IMG/VR virus record: IMGVR_UViG_3300046534_001004
Direction: 5' to 3' (one strand)
DNA: 64,000 nucleotides
DNA from: an uncultured virus (IMG/VR IMGVR_UViG_3300046534_001004)
Taxonomy: Duplodnaviria; Heunggongvirae; Uroviricota; Caudoviricetes
How positions within the stretch are numbered: the stretch's first letter is position 1; every line of letters begins with the position of its first letter. Under the pieces are notes generated by a model. It was not told the origin of the DNA. It did not search any database and worked only from the letters and a program-made list of their open reading frames with translations. Positions 16,918 to 26,750 of this stretch are shown one piece after another. Made by a program: the position numbers and the translations under genes.

Positions 16918-17111
16918 TCAACCCTCGCCCATGTTAGAGGTCCATCGTAGTTAAAATCGTCGCCGTTTGCCAACAGCTTGTCTTGGGTTTCATACCAATC
17001 ATTCCTGTGCTCTTTGAACGTAATGTCAGGAACTGGCTCGTGAAACACATTATTAAACTCGTTAACAAGTGGCAGCAAGGAACATTCTTTGTGGTTTTTG
17101 CAGTTTAGCAT
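16914..17111 (-). CDS. Hypothetical protein (start moved to MLNCKNH)
   Basis: GGAGGCTACC-ATG leader; promoter site 17161-17177. Confidence 0.65.
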   Translation of the reverse strand: MLNCKNHKECSLLPLVNEFNNVFHEPVPDITFKEHRNDWYETQDKLLANGDDFNYDGPLTWARVE

Positions 17112-17160
17112 GGTAGCCTCCAATAAATGAACCTTATTGTAGCACGGTGGCCACCAAGTT

Positions 17161-17177
17161 GACCAAACCTTTGTATC
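17161..17177 (-). promoter_or_regulatory. Degenerate GAYAA-N7-TGGTC operator/promoter site
   Basis: Minus strand GATACAAAGGTTTGGTC; TGGTCA-18-TACAAT. Confidence 0.6.
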
Positions 17178-17270
17178 CCTGCCCCATATGGCGGGGCAGG
17201 GAGGGCCTTGAACGCTGTAAGGGTAGGGTAGGTAGGGCAACAGCCACCAGCACGCCCCTAGAGGTCCTAA

Positions 17271-17474
17271 CTAACGTCCGCCACAATATTCACATGGTTC
17301 ATTTTTGTCAGTTTTAACAAGATCTCCTCCAACCATATCACCTTTGCAATTTACACCACTTTGATTAACATAGTTATTAGTTCCAGAGACAGAAGCGAAC
17401 ATAGTTTTTGAAGTTATTTTTCGTACATACCAACCGATAGCAAATCCTAAGATAAACAACGCTAATTCATTCAT
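17271..17474 (-). CDS. Small membrane protein
   Basis: N-terminal TM segment. Confidence 0.5.
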   Translation of the reverse strand: MNELALFILGFAIGWYVRKITSKTMFASVSGTNNYVNQSGVNCKGDMVGGDLVKTDKNEPCEYCGGR

Positions 17475-17782
17475 TTATTTTTATCCTCATGATGTTCTAT
17501 AAATTCCCAAGAACCGCTAAAATACTCCTTGATATTAGAGGGAGTTTCTTCAACGGCTTCTCCGATCTCAGAAAACGGATCTAGTCCAGTCTTGTATCCA
17601 TTCGCTAACATTTGTATCTGCCCAAAACAGAGATCTTCCTGCTCTGGGCAAATGTGAGGTTCGTGTCCACCGTCCATCGTGTGATGTTTGAATACGAAAT
17701 CGAATATTACAGTGTCGGCGATTTTTAGTTTCTCAGAGTCTCTTAAATAAGGACAATCAAAACATGGTGATGTACAAGCCAT
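17471..17782 (-). CDS. Cys-rich hypothetical protein
   Basis: PCFDCPY motif; GGAGG RBS. Confidence 0.6.
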   Translation of the reverse strand: MACTSPCFDCPYLRDSEKLKIADTVIFDFVFKHHTMDGGHEPHICPEQEDLCFGQIQMLANGYKTGLDPFSEIGEAVEETPSNIKEYFSGSWEFIEHHEDKNK

Positions 17783-20208
17783 TAGAACGGAACCTCCATA
17801 TCTTCTAAATCAAGTTCAACAGGAGAAGGCCAATCACGAACACCATAGACTTTGTCCCATGATATTCGGCATTGTTCTAAACTCCCGAGATCGTAATGGT
17901 ATAGTCTTTTCTTAGTTCTTTGGGTTCCACCTGTCCCTTGATCGTACTCCTCTACAGTAACCCGCTTTTGCATTTTGTTTATGTGAGGAATAACACTTTT
18001 CAGGAAACGACCCAAGAGAGTGGCGTTGCCTCTTCTCGCAAATTTCCATTTGTCAGCGTAATTAGTGTAGTCTTTTTCAAGCAGCTCTGTCTGAACATCA
18101 CGCATCCAGCTATCGTGACCTTCTAACACGTAACCGTCCCAGAGTTTGTGATACCACCATTCTTCTTCAACACCCATGGACATCAGCTTCTGTTCATTAA
18201 GAGCCTCAGTTTGAGGTACGTTACGAACTTCAAAGTCAGTCATGTCTACATTTTGCAGATGGTAGAGTAAAGCTTCATATCCGCCATTGTCCATTTGGTG
18301 GGTTAATGATTTAAAGAATCCTGAGTCTTGTTTACGACCGTCACCCATGTCTAGTACGAAGTAACGGCGCTCGTCCCCTGTGGCCCTGATAACGTGAGGG
18401 TCATTCGAAGCCATGATGAGGTGAACGTAATTAGGATAGGGTTCAGTGTCTATGCCTTTGGCTTCAATTGGAATACTATCTTCTGTGATGAGCATTTTGA
18501 GAACAGATTCATGTCGCTTATCACCTGCGAAAAAGGCTTCGTCTGCGAACAAGCTAATGACGTCTCGAAGGTGAGCGTTGAAATTGCCAACGAGGTGGGA
18601 CGGATTTGCGACATGCAGATGGTGTCTACCGAATAATCGACCAAAGGTTCTTGCGAAATAGCCTTTACCTGTACCTTTTCCTCCCCTGAGAACAATCGCA
18701 ACTTCTCCTGGGCTTGCAGGTGTTTGAACAACTCTTGCCATCCATTTAATGAGGTAATCATAATATCCTTCGTTTCCACTGCATACGTTTTGTTTCAGAT
18801 GCTCCAAATATATAGAACAGTCGCCGGGAATCGGCTCTACATTAAATCCTCTCCACAAATTGTAAACTCCAGGCTGATCACCCTGAGGCATGAATTTCAT
18901 GGTGTCATACTGGCGACGCATCCGGTGATTTATCCAATACTTACCCAAGGGAATATGAACAGGATCACCCTTGTCAGTAGAACCGATTTGAATTTGAATG
19001 TTACCATATCTGTTACGGACATCTTCGAAGCTGGACATTGTGATACGGCTGCGGTGTAGAACATCATCCTCGATCTCCTCGATGACGCGACACTTGCCTC
19101 CAATGTTGCCGATAATTGCGTGTCGGTCGTTCATCATGGTTAGATGAGGATCTTCACTGTACTCTTTAGCCCGCTTGATCTGGCGAATTGCATACTTCTC
19201 AGCGCCACCTTTGAGCTCAACAATGCTGCTCGCAATCCCCCACTCGGGGTCGGTCAAAATTGCAAATATGACACCGTCGGGGACATTACATCTGGCCAGC
19301 GAACATACACAATCAAACAGCCAAGCAGACCGAGAATTATCACCTTCTTTTGGCTGGTCTGGGTGCTGCCCTTGGGCGATAATAACTTTAACCCTATCAG
19401 GAACGTCCCATACGTCCAACTCGCTGAGGTCGGCAATTTTCTCAACATTTCCAGGAATATCAACTTTGATACCGTACTCGCCACCATCATGGCGTCCAGG
19501 ACCTGATGTCTGGACTGCCTGTGCTTTCTTAAAATCTTCTATTGAATAGGAGTTTTTCTTGTCAAATTCTAGCAACTTTGCAAGTTGCTCGGTGCGGCCT
19601 TTTTTGCGTTTCTTTGCATCAGGAACGTTGACTGTCCCAGGAAGACGCATGATCCGGTCTACGTTGTGGCAGTGGTCGCCACCGAACACCTGTTCTAGAC
19701 GTTTGTTGTAGAGTTCAAATTCACTCCATGCTGTTTCAGTTCCATCTATTCGGAAAGGCTTATCTAATTTCCAGAAAGCTTGATATCCGCCACCAGAGAA
19801 TATGATCACTGTCGGTTTTTCTATACCTTTTGGTAAACGATCAGTCAATACACTGAGGATACGCTCTCGTTCCATTTTAATGAAACCGTCCATATCTTTT
19901 TCGTCAGCTGAGGCTTCTGCTGGGTCTATGTCGACATGCAGCCAGTGAGCTTCAAACATATCTTCTTTGTTAGGTTTTTTGACCCCACTTGACTTCAGAA
20001 AAGCGATGTTTGGCTGGTTGACTGTGAAATATATATTGCGATCACCATTGTATTTTTCAAGCCAAAACATGCACTCTTCAATTGACTTTGGCCCAAAAGG
20101 TTTTGTGTCAATAGCTTTGCGGTCTGTTTGAATTGAGGTGAGAAGCCAAGGTCCTTTTGGGTAGAACTTCTGTAGGAAATCTATAGCACGTTGCGACTCA
20201 CCCTTCAT
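17782..20208 (-). CDS. Primase-helicase (RepB/AEP-type primase + SF3 D5-like helicase)
   Basis: WLHVDID, SGGGYQAFW, RIMRLPGT; Walker A GGKGTGKG; FADEA; IMASN. Confidence 0.9.
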   Translation of the reverse strand: MKGESQRAIDFLQKFYPKGPWLLTSIQTDRKAIDTKPFGPKSIEECMFWLEKYNGDRNIYFTVNQPNIAFLKSSGVKKPNKEDMFEAHWLHVDIDPAEASADEKDMDGFIKMERERILSVLTDRLPKGIEKPTVIIFSGGGYQAFWKLDKPFRIDGTETAWSEFELYNKRLEQVFGGDHCHNVDRIMRLPGTVNVPDAKKRKKGRTEQLAKLLEFDKKNSYSIEDFKKAQAVQTSGPGRHDGGEYGIKVDIPGNVEKIADLSELDVWDVPDRVKVIIAQGQHPDQPKEGDNSRSAWLFDCVCSLARCNVPDGVIFAILTDPEWGIASSIVELKGGAEKYAIRQIKRAKEYSEDPHLTMMNDRHAIIGNIGGKCRVIEEIEDDVLHRSRITMSSFEDVRNRYGNIQIQIGSTDKGDPVHIPLGKYWINHRMRRQYDTMKFMPQGDQPGVYNLWRGFNVEPIPGDCSIYLEHLKQNVCSGNEGYYDYLIKWMARVVQTPASPGEVAIVLRGGKGTGKGYFARTFGRLFGRHHLHVANPSHLVGNFNAHLRDVISLFADEAFFAGDKRHESVLKMLITEDSIPIEAKGIDTEPYPNYVHLIMASNDPHVIRATGDERRYFVLDMGDGRKQDSGFFKSLTHQMDNGGYEALLYHLQNVDMTDFEVRNVPQTEALNEQKLMSMGVEEEWWYHKLWDGYVLEGHDSWMRDVQTELLEKDYTNYADKWKFARRGNATLLGRFLKSVIPHINKMQKRVTVEEYDQGTGGTQRTKKRLYHYDLGSLEQCRISWDKVYGVRDWPSPVELDLEDMEVPF

Positions 20209-20593
20209 TCCAGAAAGCCTCCAGATTTATGGAAGGGGCTTTGCCGTTTTCCATAAGGTTGTACCAGTATCGAGTAATCCCCATTGAATCAGCACAATAC
20301 TGCTGTGTGCATCCAGAGCGACGACGCATTATGAGGCACTCTTCAGCTTTAGTTAACGGATGAACAGAAGCTACGATAGCTAAACTATGTGCACCTTGTT
20401 TTTCCATCTCGCTATATTTGCGGCGCTTAACCCCAGAAATAGCTGCCATTTGTTTTTGACTGAAGCCCATACGACGTCGGTAAATTAAGCTGCATTCTCC
20501 TTCAGAAAGTTCAAGAGGCTTTCTGTCTGTAGACCGTTCGGGTAATAGAGCAGGGCTTTTGATATCATTTCTGGTCTCGTCATGTTGTCCCAT
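20198..20593 (-). CDS. Tandem XRE-type HTH DNA-binding protein
   Basis: Two HTH units: RRRMGFSQKQMAAISGV...YSEMEK and RRRSGCTQQYCADSMGITRYWYNLMENGK. Confidence 0.75.
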   Translation of the reverse strand: MGQHDETRNDIKSPALLPERSTDRKPLELSEGECSLIYRRRMGFSQKQMAAISGVKRRKYSEMEKQGAHSLAIVASVHPLTKAEECLIMRRRSGCTQQYCADSMGITRYWYNLMENGKAPSINLEAFWNEG

Positions 20594-20907
20594 AGTTTTT
20601 CTTCCTTAATCTGCTTTCCTGACCAAAAGAACCAAGATTTCTGAACTTGCGCACATACTAGCGCCAGTCCTCCGCGATGTTCTCTTCGCCAAAGCCAGAC
20701 TTGCTGCTCTTTGGATAAAGGGTGACCGAATTTCACTGGTTTTGTATCTGCCGTCTTGGGCCAATATCTCAACCATTTACACTCGATCACCCCACCGATA
20801 AAAAATACGTCCGGAATTCCTAGTCCTGTAGAAGGGCTCTCGATTGACACAGCGTCAAGCGTTTTAAGCCTTTTAACTAAGTTTGAACGTGAGGTAGCTT
20901 CCGACAT
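20485..20907 (-). CDS. VRR-NUC / Holliday-junction-resolvase-like nuclease
   Basis: IES...GIPDV...IECK...LSKEQQVWL PD-(D/E)xK pattern. Confidence 0.7.
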   Translation of the reverse strand: MSEATSRSNLVKRLKTLDAVSIESPSTGLGIPDVFFIGGVIECKWLRYWPKTADTKPVKFGHPLSKEQQVWLWRREHRGGLALVCAQVQKSWFFWSGKQIKEEKLWDNMTRPEMISKALLYYPNGLQTESLLNFLKENAA

Positions 20908-20956
20908 ATCATGAACCTTTATACTAGCTGTTGAGGCGGCAATTGACAACCTCTAG

Positions 20957-21415
20957 TTATCGGGGAATTGTTACCAGTTCTACACCGGATTCACTGAACA
21001 TAGACTTAGATATTTCAATCTGTTCTGCCCATCTTTCAGCGTAATCACTGCTTAGATCTTGAGACACAACTCGCTTGATACCATGCTGAATAATCAACCC
21101 GCAACAGGAACAACAGGGGAATTCAGTGGTGTAGAGAGTGGCATCCTCGAACCCAAGAAGAGGTCGGTTTCGATGCATCATTCTCGCTGCTGCGATCAAA
21201 GCGTCTGCTTCTGCATGGATCACCCTTGGGTATTTTTGGGCACGATCGTTCAGTCGTTCATCGCTTTCTATTACTCCACTAGGAAATTGGTTCCAACCTA
21301 TAGAGAACACAGCACCTTCAAGAACAACCACTGACCCTACTTTAGTAGAAGGATCAGGACTTAATTTACTTGCATAGACAGCGTGATTCATAAACATTTT
21401 ATCATCGATACTCAT
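20957..21415 (-). CDS. dCMP deaminase
   Basis: SPDPSTKVGSV, HAEADAL, PCCSC. Confidence 0.92.
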   Translation of the reverse strand: MSIDDKMFMNHAVYASKLSPDPSTKVGSVVVLEGAVFSIGWNQFPSGVIESDERLNDRAQKYPRVIHAEADALIAAARMMHRNRPLLGFEDATLYTTEFPCCSCCGLIIQHGIKRVVSQDLSSDYAERWAEQIEISKSMFSESGVELVTIPR

Positions 21416-21984
21416 CGTTCAGTTACTCCATCTCTCATCATGTAGGATTTGTAAACACACCGGACCTGATGTTTGCAGTCATCCAGAGCATAGTGGTAAA
21501 TTCCTTTGCGGGGAATAGTCTTGGTGTTGAGACCAGCCATGTCGTAGACAGTTCGCGTGTCGCGGGTATTATAGAACTGCCAAGGTGGTTTGACACCGAC
21601 AAACTTACAAGACGCTTCCCACAAAACGCTATCAAAATTAGATCCTTGAGACCAAACAAACTTGAAGCGGTTTTCTTTCCAGAAATTGTTGAAACCATTG
21701 ACAACAGTTTTCAGGTCCATTTGATTTGGTTCAAGAATTTCTTTAGCGGAGTCACCTTGAGAAGCCCACCATTTGATAGTAGCGGGATCTTTGAAAGCAC
21801 CACAAGCAATCTGATCTTCTTCAGTAATGTTCTTGTAGAACTCTGCGCCCAAACGAGGAGTTCTAGGATCAAAAGCGACAGCACCAATTGAACGGATGAC
21901 GCACCCTGCTGAGGTGCCGTAGGTTTCGAGGTCTATCATTACATGTTTCAAGTTATGTTCCTTCGATATGTTGGTGGGAACCAT
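21412..21984 (-). CDS. 3'-5' exonuclease (DEDDh, RNase AS / ExoVIII-like)
   Basis: HVMIDLET, SNFD, RDTRT, HYALDD. Confidence 0.85.
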   Translation of the reverse strand: MVPTNISKEHNLKHVMIDLETYGTSAGCVIRSIGAVAFDPRTPRLGAEFYKNITEEDQIACGAFKDPATIKWWASQGDSAKEILEPNQMDLKTVVNGFNNFWKENRFKFVWSQGSNFDSVLWEASCKFVGVKPPWQFYNTRDTRTVYDMAGLNTKTIPRKGIYHYALDDCKHQVRCVYKSYMMRDGVTER

Positions 21985-22252
21985 CGGAGGCGATACCCCA
22001 TTCCCGTTTGCGATTTATCACGAGTTTAGCTTCAACCTCTTTCATTAGGTCAAAGCCGTTCTTTTCGCAAATTTGAATTAGGAAAAAAGCCACGTCAGCA
22101 CATTCTTCCCCAATAGATTTCTTTCCCATTCCATTAGAAATAGTTGAAACAAGTTCAGCCATCTCTTTGTTACCGCGGATTGCGATTTTCAATTCAGGAT
22201 TTACTCCGAATTGTTCTTCAGCCCAACCAAGGACCTGTTTCTGTAATGTCAT
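21953..22252 (-). CDS. MazG-like nucleotide pyrophosphohydrolase
   Basis: EMAEL...EECADV...KLVINRKREW. Confidence 0.8.
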   Translation of the reverse strand: MTLQKQVLGWAEEQFGVNPELKIAIRGNKEMAELVSTISNGMGKKSIGEECADVAFFLIQICEKNGFDLMKEVEAKLVINRKREWGIASDGSHQHIEGT

Positions 22253-22315
22253 AACTTTCCCTTTTTGATTCACTAATCCAGATCTAACATGACGCGAGCG
22301 CCGCAAAATTTTGGA

Positions 22316-22513
22316 TTATTGGTATTTATGTTTTAGATCGTGATATTTCTCGAGACCTTGGGAAATTCTCACGTGTTCATCGTATATTTTCTTAGCGGGA
22401 ACAAATACATTTTCATATTCTTCCTGATCTTTAGCTGATCTACAAAAAAGCCAAGCTCTTTTCTCCAGCTCTCTTTTTTCATGTTCTTCTCGCTGTTCAT
22501 CATAATGTCCCAT
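22316..22513 (-). CDS. Hypothetical protein
   Basis: Stop/start overlap with polymerase. Confidence 0.55.
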   Translation of the reverse strand: MGHYDEQREEHEKRELEKRAWLFCRSAKDQEEYENVFVPAKKIYDEHVRISQGLEKYHDLKHKYQ

Positions 22514-24588
22514 TATTTAATGCTTCCCCAGTTTGGTCCAGTTTCTGTGTCTACTTTGAATGGTACGAGAGGTCTGCACCGTTTCAACACACAATCCCTC
22601 ATTATGTCACCGACAGCAACAGCTTCTGCAACTGATCCGTAGCTACCGTCGGTCTCATCGTGAACCTGTAGTTGTAGATAGGCGTCAGTCTTGTCAATCT
22701 CTACCAAGGCAAGTTTAGTTTGATCTGCAGAGGAACCTTGAATAACTCTGTTCAAGGCTTTGTGAGTGTAGTCGTAGGAACCATCGTCTCGTTGTTCAAA
22801 ATGAAGGTGCCTGTTAAATATCGTCTTGACGAAGCCCTTGGCTTCAGCCCTCGCTGACGCAGCTTTAGCCAATGCTCCAACAAAAGGGGCTTCCCTATCG
22901 AACTTATCCAATATCTCTTGTCCCTCTTCACCTGCCATCTCCTTATAATAACCCGTTCCCATATCCATGCGAGCTGACATCGCATCTTCTTTGCTATCGT
23001 GGTATTCAATGCGGCGTTTTTTACCCCATCCTGAGATATGCGCCCAACGAGTAGGTTTGCCGATGTCCATGCAGAGTTTAGCTCCTCCTTCTCCGTAGCA
23101 TAACCCAAGGTAAATAGCCTTAGAGAACCCTCGCTCTAGTTTGAATTGCTTTGGGCTTTGTGACATCCATTTATCGACAATGCTATCACCGTTAACGATA
23201 CGAGTCATCATCTCGTGGTTGTCTGTGCTTGGGTCTTCACGATAACGCTTTGCTGCATCTCTTGCTTTTGGGAAATCCATAAGCGCCGCAAAATGTGTCG
23301 TCCATCTGGGTTCTTGCTGGGAATAGTCATTACAACCCCAAATCGCTCCTTCTTCTGGTATGAAAATCTTCCTCCATTCTCCAGCGATTACAGGGTCTCG
23401 ATCAGGGCTTGGTTGCTGTTGCAAGTTAGGATCGATCGCTGACAATCTACCATACCGAACTCCTTTTTGCTCACCGTTTTCTGTTTCGGCTGCAATCTGC
23501 TTAAACGAACAGTGGATTTTACCTTTCACAGCATACCTACGAATGGATGCAGCGAAAGTTGTCCTGATCTTATTTACTTTGCGGGCATGAAGGATAGCGT
23601 TAGGGACAGGGTGGTCTGAACCTCCGAGCAGAGCTTTATCAATCTGTGGTGCTCCGGTCGTAGTTTTATTGAGACGCATACCAATATCTTCAAGAGCAGG
23701 AGCGATGAGGTTTGGTTTCCAGATGTTGTCCAACCCAATAGAAATACCTGTCTCTCTTTTGACAAGGTCTAACGCTTTCTTCTCTTCATCTAAGGCCCAT
23801 TTCTCAATGGACTCTAGTTTTTCAAAATCAATCCGTACACCACGACGTCGCATTCTTACGAGTACGGGGAGAACGTCTGTCTCAAGGTCCCATATCTCAC
23901 GCAATCCCGCCGCCTCAATCTTCTTTTCTTGCATTCGTAGGATCTCAAGTGGTGAGGTAACATCTTGCTCACCATACGCTCCGACGAAACGGGCGGGTAA
24001 GCGCCATAGCCCTTTCTTTGCGTCAAGTCCGTGGGCTTTCGCAGCTTCAATAAGCAGAGTCTCATCTTTAGCATCGATGCCGTGACGTTTGCCAATGTTA
24101 GCGAGAGAATATGACCACTCAAGTTCATTGATGAGAGGATCTGCGATTTGCACGTCTCTGAATTTAGCATCTCGATGCCATTCAAATCCGTCGTTGTATC
24201 CGTAGTCCACGTCGTATGCCAGATTTGCTCCAACGAATTCCCCTCGGTAATTTTTGATGTTATCTCTAAGGTATCGAAGGACTTCTGTTTCGTCCAGGTT
24301 ATCACCGCCTTCATGTCGGAAAGGGAGATAATGTTTAGGTCCTCCATCAATAGCAAAGGCCCAGCCCACAGTATAACCGTCTCGCATCTGTCCGGTTCCC
24401 AGTCCAGCACTGATTGATGGGTCTCTTGTTTCAGCATCAATAGCTATCCTTTTTGCACCAGCCCAAGAAGGAAGGTCAGAAATGGAAGGAGGTCTCCAGT
24501 CTGCCTTGGGCATAAACATTGACATCTGCAGCGGGGACTCTCCGCTATTCCTAGCTTTGGCTTCTTGTTGTTTAGTCTGTTTTGCCAT
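22513..24588 (-). CDS. Family A DNA polymerase with 3'-5' exonuclease domain
   Basis: IAIDAET, GRLS..DPNLQQQP, DYSQQEPR, K..YLGLCYG, IQGSSADQTK, LQVHDE. Confidence 0.95.
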   Translation of the reverse strand: MAKQTKQQEAKARNSGESPLQMSMFMPKADWRPPSISDLPSWAGAKRIAIDAETRDPSISAGLGTGQMRDGYTVGWAFAIDGGPKHYLPFRHEGGDNLDETEVLRYLRDNIKNYRGEFVGANLAYDVDYGYNDGFEWHRDAKFRDVQIADPLINELEWSYSLANIGKRHGIDAKDETLLIEAAKAHGLDAKKGLWRLPARFVGAYGEQDVTSPLEILRMQEKKIEAAGLREIWDLETDVLPVLVRMRRRGVRIDFEKLESIEKWALDEEKKALDLVKRETGISIGLDNIWKPNLIAPALEDIGMRLNKTTTGAPQIDKALLGGSDHPVPNAILHARKVNKIRTTFAASIRRYAVKGKIHCSFKQIAAETENGEQKGVRYGRLSAIDPNLQQQPSPDRDPVIAGEWRKIFIPEEGAIWGCNDYSQQEPRWTTHFAALMDFPKARDAAKRYREDPSTDNHEMMTRIVNGDSIVDKWMSQSPKQFKLERGFSKAIYLGLCYGEGGAKLCMDIGKPTRWAHISGWGKKRRIEYHDSKEDAMSARMDMGTGYYKEMAGEEGQEILDKFDREAPFVGALAKAASARAEAKGFVKTIFNRHLHFEQRDDGSYDYTHKALNRVIQGSSADQTKLALVEIDKTDAYLQLQVHDETDGSYGSVAEAVAVGDIMRDCVLKRCRPLVPFKVDTETGPNWGSIK

Positions 24589-25169
24589 TAAAGATCACCT
24601 GGACAATAACCAAATAGGAACGGATGGTTAATACCGACGTCTGAGGACGTGCCAGATGCGGTGGGTTGGGTAGTGGTGCCACCAGCACGTCCGCTACCCC
24701 CTGTTTTTTGCCGCTGGGTGGCTGTTAGCGGTGCAAGGGGGCCAAGGGTGCTACCAGCATCTAACCTGCTCTGTACGGCGTCCATATGTGCACTGATTAA
24801 GCCAATCAAAACACTGAGGTCAGTATCTGTTCTCCATTGAGCAATACTTAGGCAGAGTTCGGCTTCTACATCTGGTACTTTTGCACTGTTCACGAAATCA
24901 CAATACATTTCTTCAGCTTTGTCACAAGAGTTTTTGTAAGAATCAACATGAAGACATGTGTTAAGCCATCGACCATTCACATATCCTTCCTTAGCTTTGA
25001 TCAAATAAGACCGAGCCTTATCTAAGTCTTCAAGGCCATTTTTCTTGTACCAGCGAAAAGCATACTTAGAAGCCGCTGCCTCGAAATAACCGAGGTTGAC
25101 GTCCATCGCCCAATCCCAGTGCTGATAAGCTGCGGCGTAGTGATTTCCACCTACTTGTGTAGAGTCCAT
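24588..25169 (-). CDS. DUF3310 (T7 gp1.7-like nucleotide kinase family) protein with low-complexity C-terminal extension
   Basis: QVGGNHY...KYAFRWYKKNGLEDLDKARSYL. Confidence 0.75.
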   Translation of the reverse strand: MDSTQVGGNHYAAAYQHWDWAMDVNLGYFEAAASKYAFRWYKKNGLEDLDKARSYLIKAKEGYVNGRWLNTCLHVDSYKNSCDKAEEMYCDFVNSAKVPDVEAELCLSIAQWRTDTDLSVLIGLISAHMDAVQSRLDAGSTLGPLAPLTATQRQKTGGSGRAGGTTTQPTASGTSSDVGINHPFLFGYCPGDL

Positions 25170-25170
25170 C

Positions 25171-25722
25171 TTAAGCTCCTTCCATATCTGGCATTGAAAA
25201 CCAGTTATCTTCTTTGATCAAGTAAAATGCGTTCACAACTTCAACAGCATACAAGTGAGAGCTCTTCAGTATTGACTCTTCAACTCGTTTCAGCTTAGGA
25301 GAAATTGCCATGTTACCAGACATAACCTCATCTTTGAGATAGCAGTAGTATTCCAGCGTATCTAAGCCTTTGAACCACTTGTAATCTTCATCACTTAGAG
25401 AAACTTCTTCATGAGAACCAAACATCTCTACATTGATTTGGAGTTCAGTGTCTTCTTGAGCGGCGTTGTGCTGGATACCTCTTTTCTTCGCTGGGCTTGG
25501 CATGTCGCCTGTGATGCGCTCTGCAAGGTCGTGCTTGATGCAAGCTAGAATAAGATCACGGGAAGCTTTCGGGTGAAGGATCAACAACATAGTAACCATG
25601 TTGAAGCTGTGAAGCCCAACAGAGTCACAGATATTACCAGAGCTTGAATGTGATCTCACGACGTTAGCTGCTTCCCGAGCAAACTTAATTCGCTTGACGT
25701 TGTCTGAGAAATAGTAATCCAT
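25171..25722 (-). CDS. HD-domain 5'-deoxynucleotidase-like protein
   Basis: V.R.H, SVGLHS, HDLAERITGDMPSP.K, D.LE. Confidence 0.8.
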   Translation of the reverse strand: MDYYFSDNVKRIKFAREAANVVRSHSSSGNICDSVGLHSFNMVTMLLILHPKASRDLILACIKHDLAERITGDMPSPAKKRGIQHNAAQEDTELQINVEMFGSHEEVSLSDEDYKWFKGLDTLEYYCYLKDEVMSGNMAISPKLKRVEESILKSSHLYAVEVVNAFYLIKEDNWFSMPDMEGA

Positions 25723-26750
25723 TATGCCCTCCGCCCCAGCCACTCGATACAAGCCTTCTGCCAATCAGTAGCGGCGATGTTCTCCGCTGATGCGATTGCC
25801 ATTTCAATACGATCAGGATTGCTTTTATCTTTCCACTTCTCCCACGATAGCATCATAGGAACTGCAACTCGCTTGAAGAATGGATCAGTGTAGCCCATCA
25901 CATTTGCCCCATCATCCATGAACATAGATAGTTCACTGAACCATGTATCAATAGGAGAGTTAACAATGTTGAATGGTTTCACGTTATCGAGCTCGTAATC
26001 AGTGAACCCAGCAGACTGAGACAACAAAGGCTCTACTTTTTTCAGTGTTTCGAGATAGGCGTGGAAGTTGGTGCTGATCTGCCAGTAACGCCCAACAGGA
26101 ACACCAATCCAAGAAGCCATAACTTCTTGCATGAACGACATGTGAACAGCGTTGGCCCCATAGGCTCCCCAGATCATATCGTTACTGCGATTGAACACAG
26201 TCATATCAAGATGACCAGCCACGTTGATACGAAACGTGATGATCAAGTTGCAGGGAAAGTCTTTGCCATCAAGACCAAGATCTGCGTGAGCATCCCACAT
26301 TTGCAGAACAGTGCGACGGTCGTCAGGGTTTTTCTTGAGAAGATCAGCGATGGTAGATAGTTGATCCAAAACACCAATTTCTCTGCTGATACCATCAGGC
26401 ATTTGTTCGTATTCCGCAAAATGGTTCCGCCAGCGATAACCGTAGGCTCCATGGAAGTTGACTCCATCGTCAGTATAGTTAGCCATGCCATTGTTGAAGC
26501 GACTGATCCATTCAACGTCGCGACGACCCGCCATCATCCAGAGGCATTCCATGAAGTGGAAGAACGGATTGCAGTCACGTTCAGGAAGGAACATAACTCT
26601 TTCTCTTGGGCGTTCATAGACAGTTGTCACTGGCTCGGGCATCACTTTCACTGGGCCATTACGGCTGTCTCGCTGAACACCAGTTTCATTGATCATATCA
26701 ACGCCCAACAGAAGGGCCTCTTCTACGTTTCTCGCTCTAACAATATGCAT
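25722..26750 (-). CDS. Thymidylate-synthase-family dUMP hydroxymethylase
   Basis: GAYGYRWR, DFPCN, NRSNDMIWGAYGANAVH (Asn at the dUMP/dCMP specificity position), NFHAY; next to 5-hmdU kinase. Confidence 0.85.
   Translation of the reverse strand: MHIVRARNVEEALLLGVDMINETGVQRDSRNGPVKVMPEPVTTVYERPRERVMFLPERDCNPFFHFMECLWMMAGRRDVEWISRFNNGMANYTDDGVNFHGAYGYRWRNHFAEYEQMPDGISREIGVLDQLSTIADLLKKNPDDRRTVLQMWDAHADLGLDGKDFPCNLIITFRINVAGHLDMTVFNRSNDMIWGAYGANAVHMSFMQEVMASWIGVPVGRYWQISTNFHAYLETLKKVEPLLSQSAGFTDYELDNVKPFNIVNSPIDTWFSELSMFMDDGANVMGYTDPFFKRVAVPMMLSWEKWKDKSNPDRIEMAIASAENIAATDWQKACIEWLGRRA

Noticed and set aside
25722..26750. Ordinary ThyA or dCMP hydroxymethylase
   Set aside because: Asn at the specificity position, a dCMP deaminase and a neighbouring 5-hmdU kinase favour dUMP hydroxymethylase
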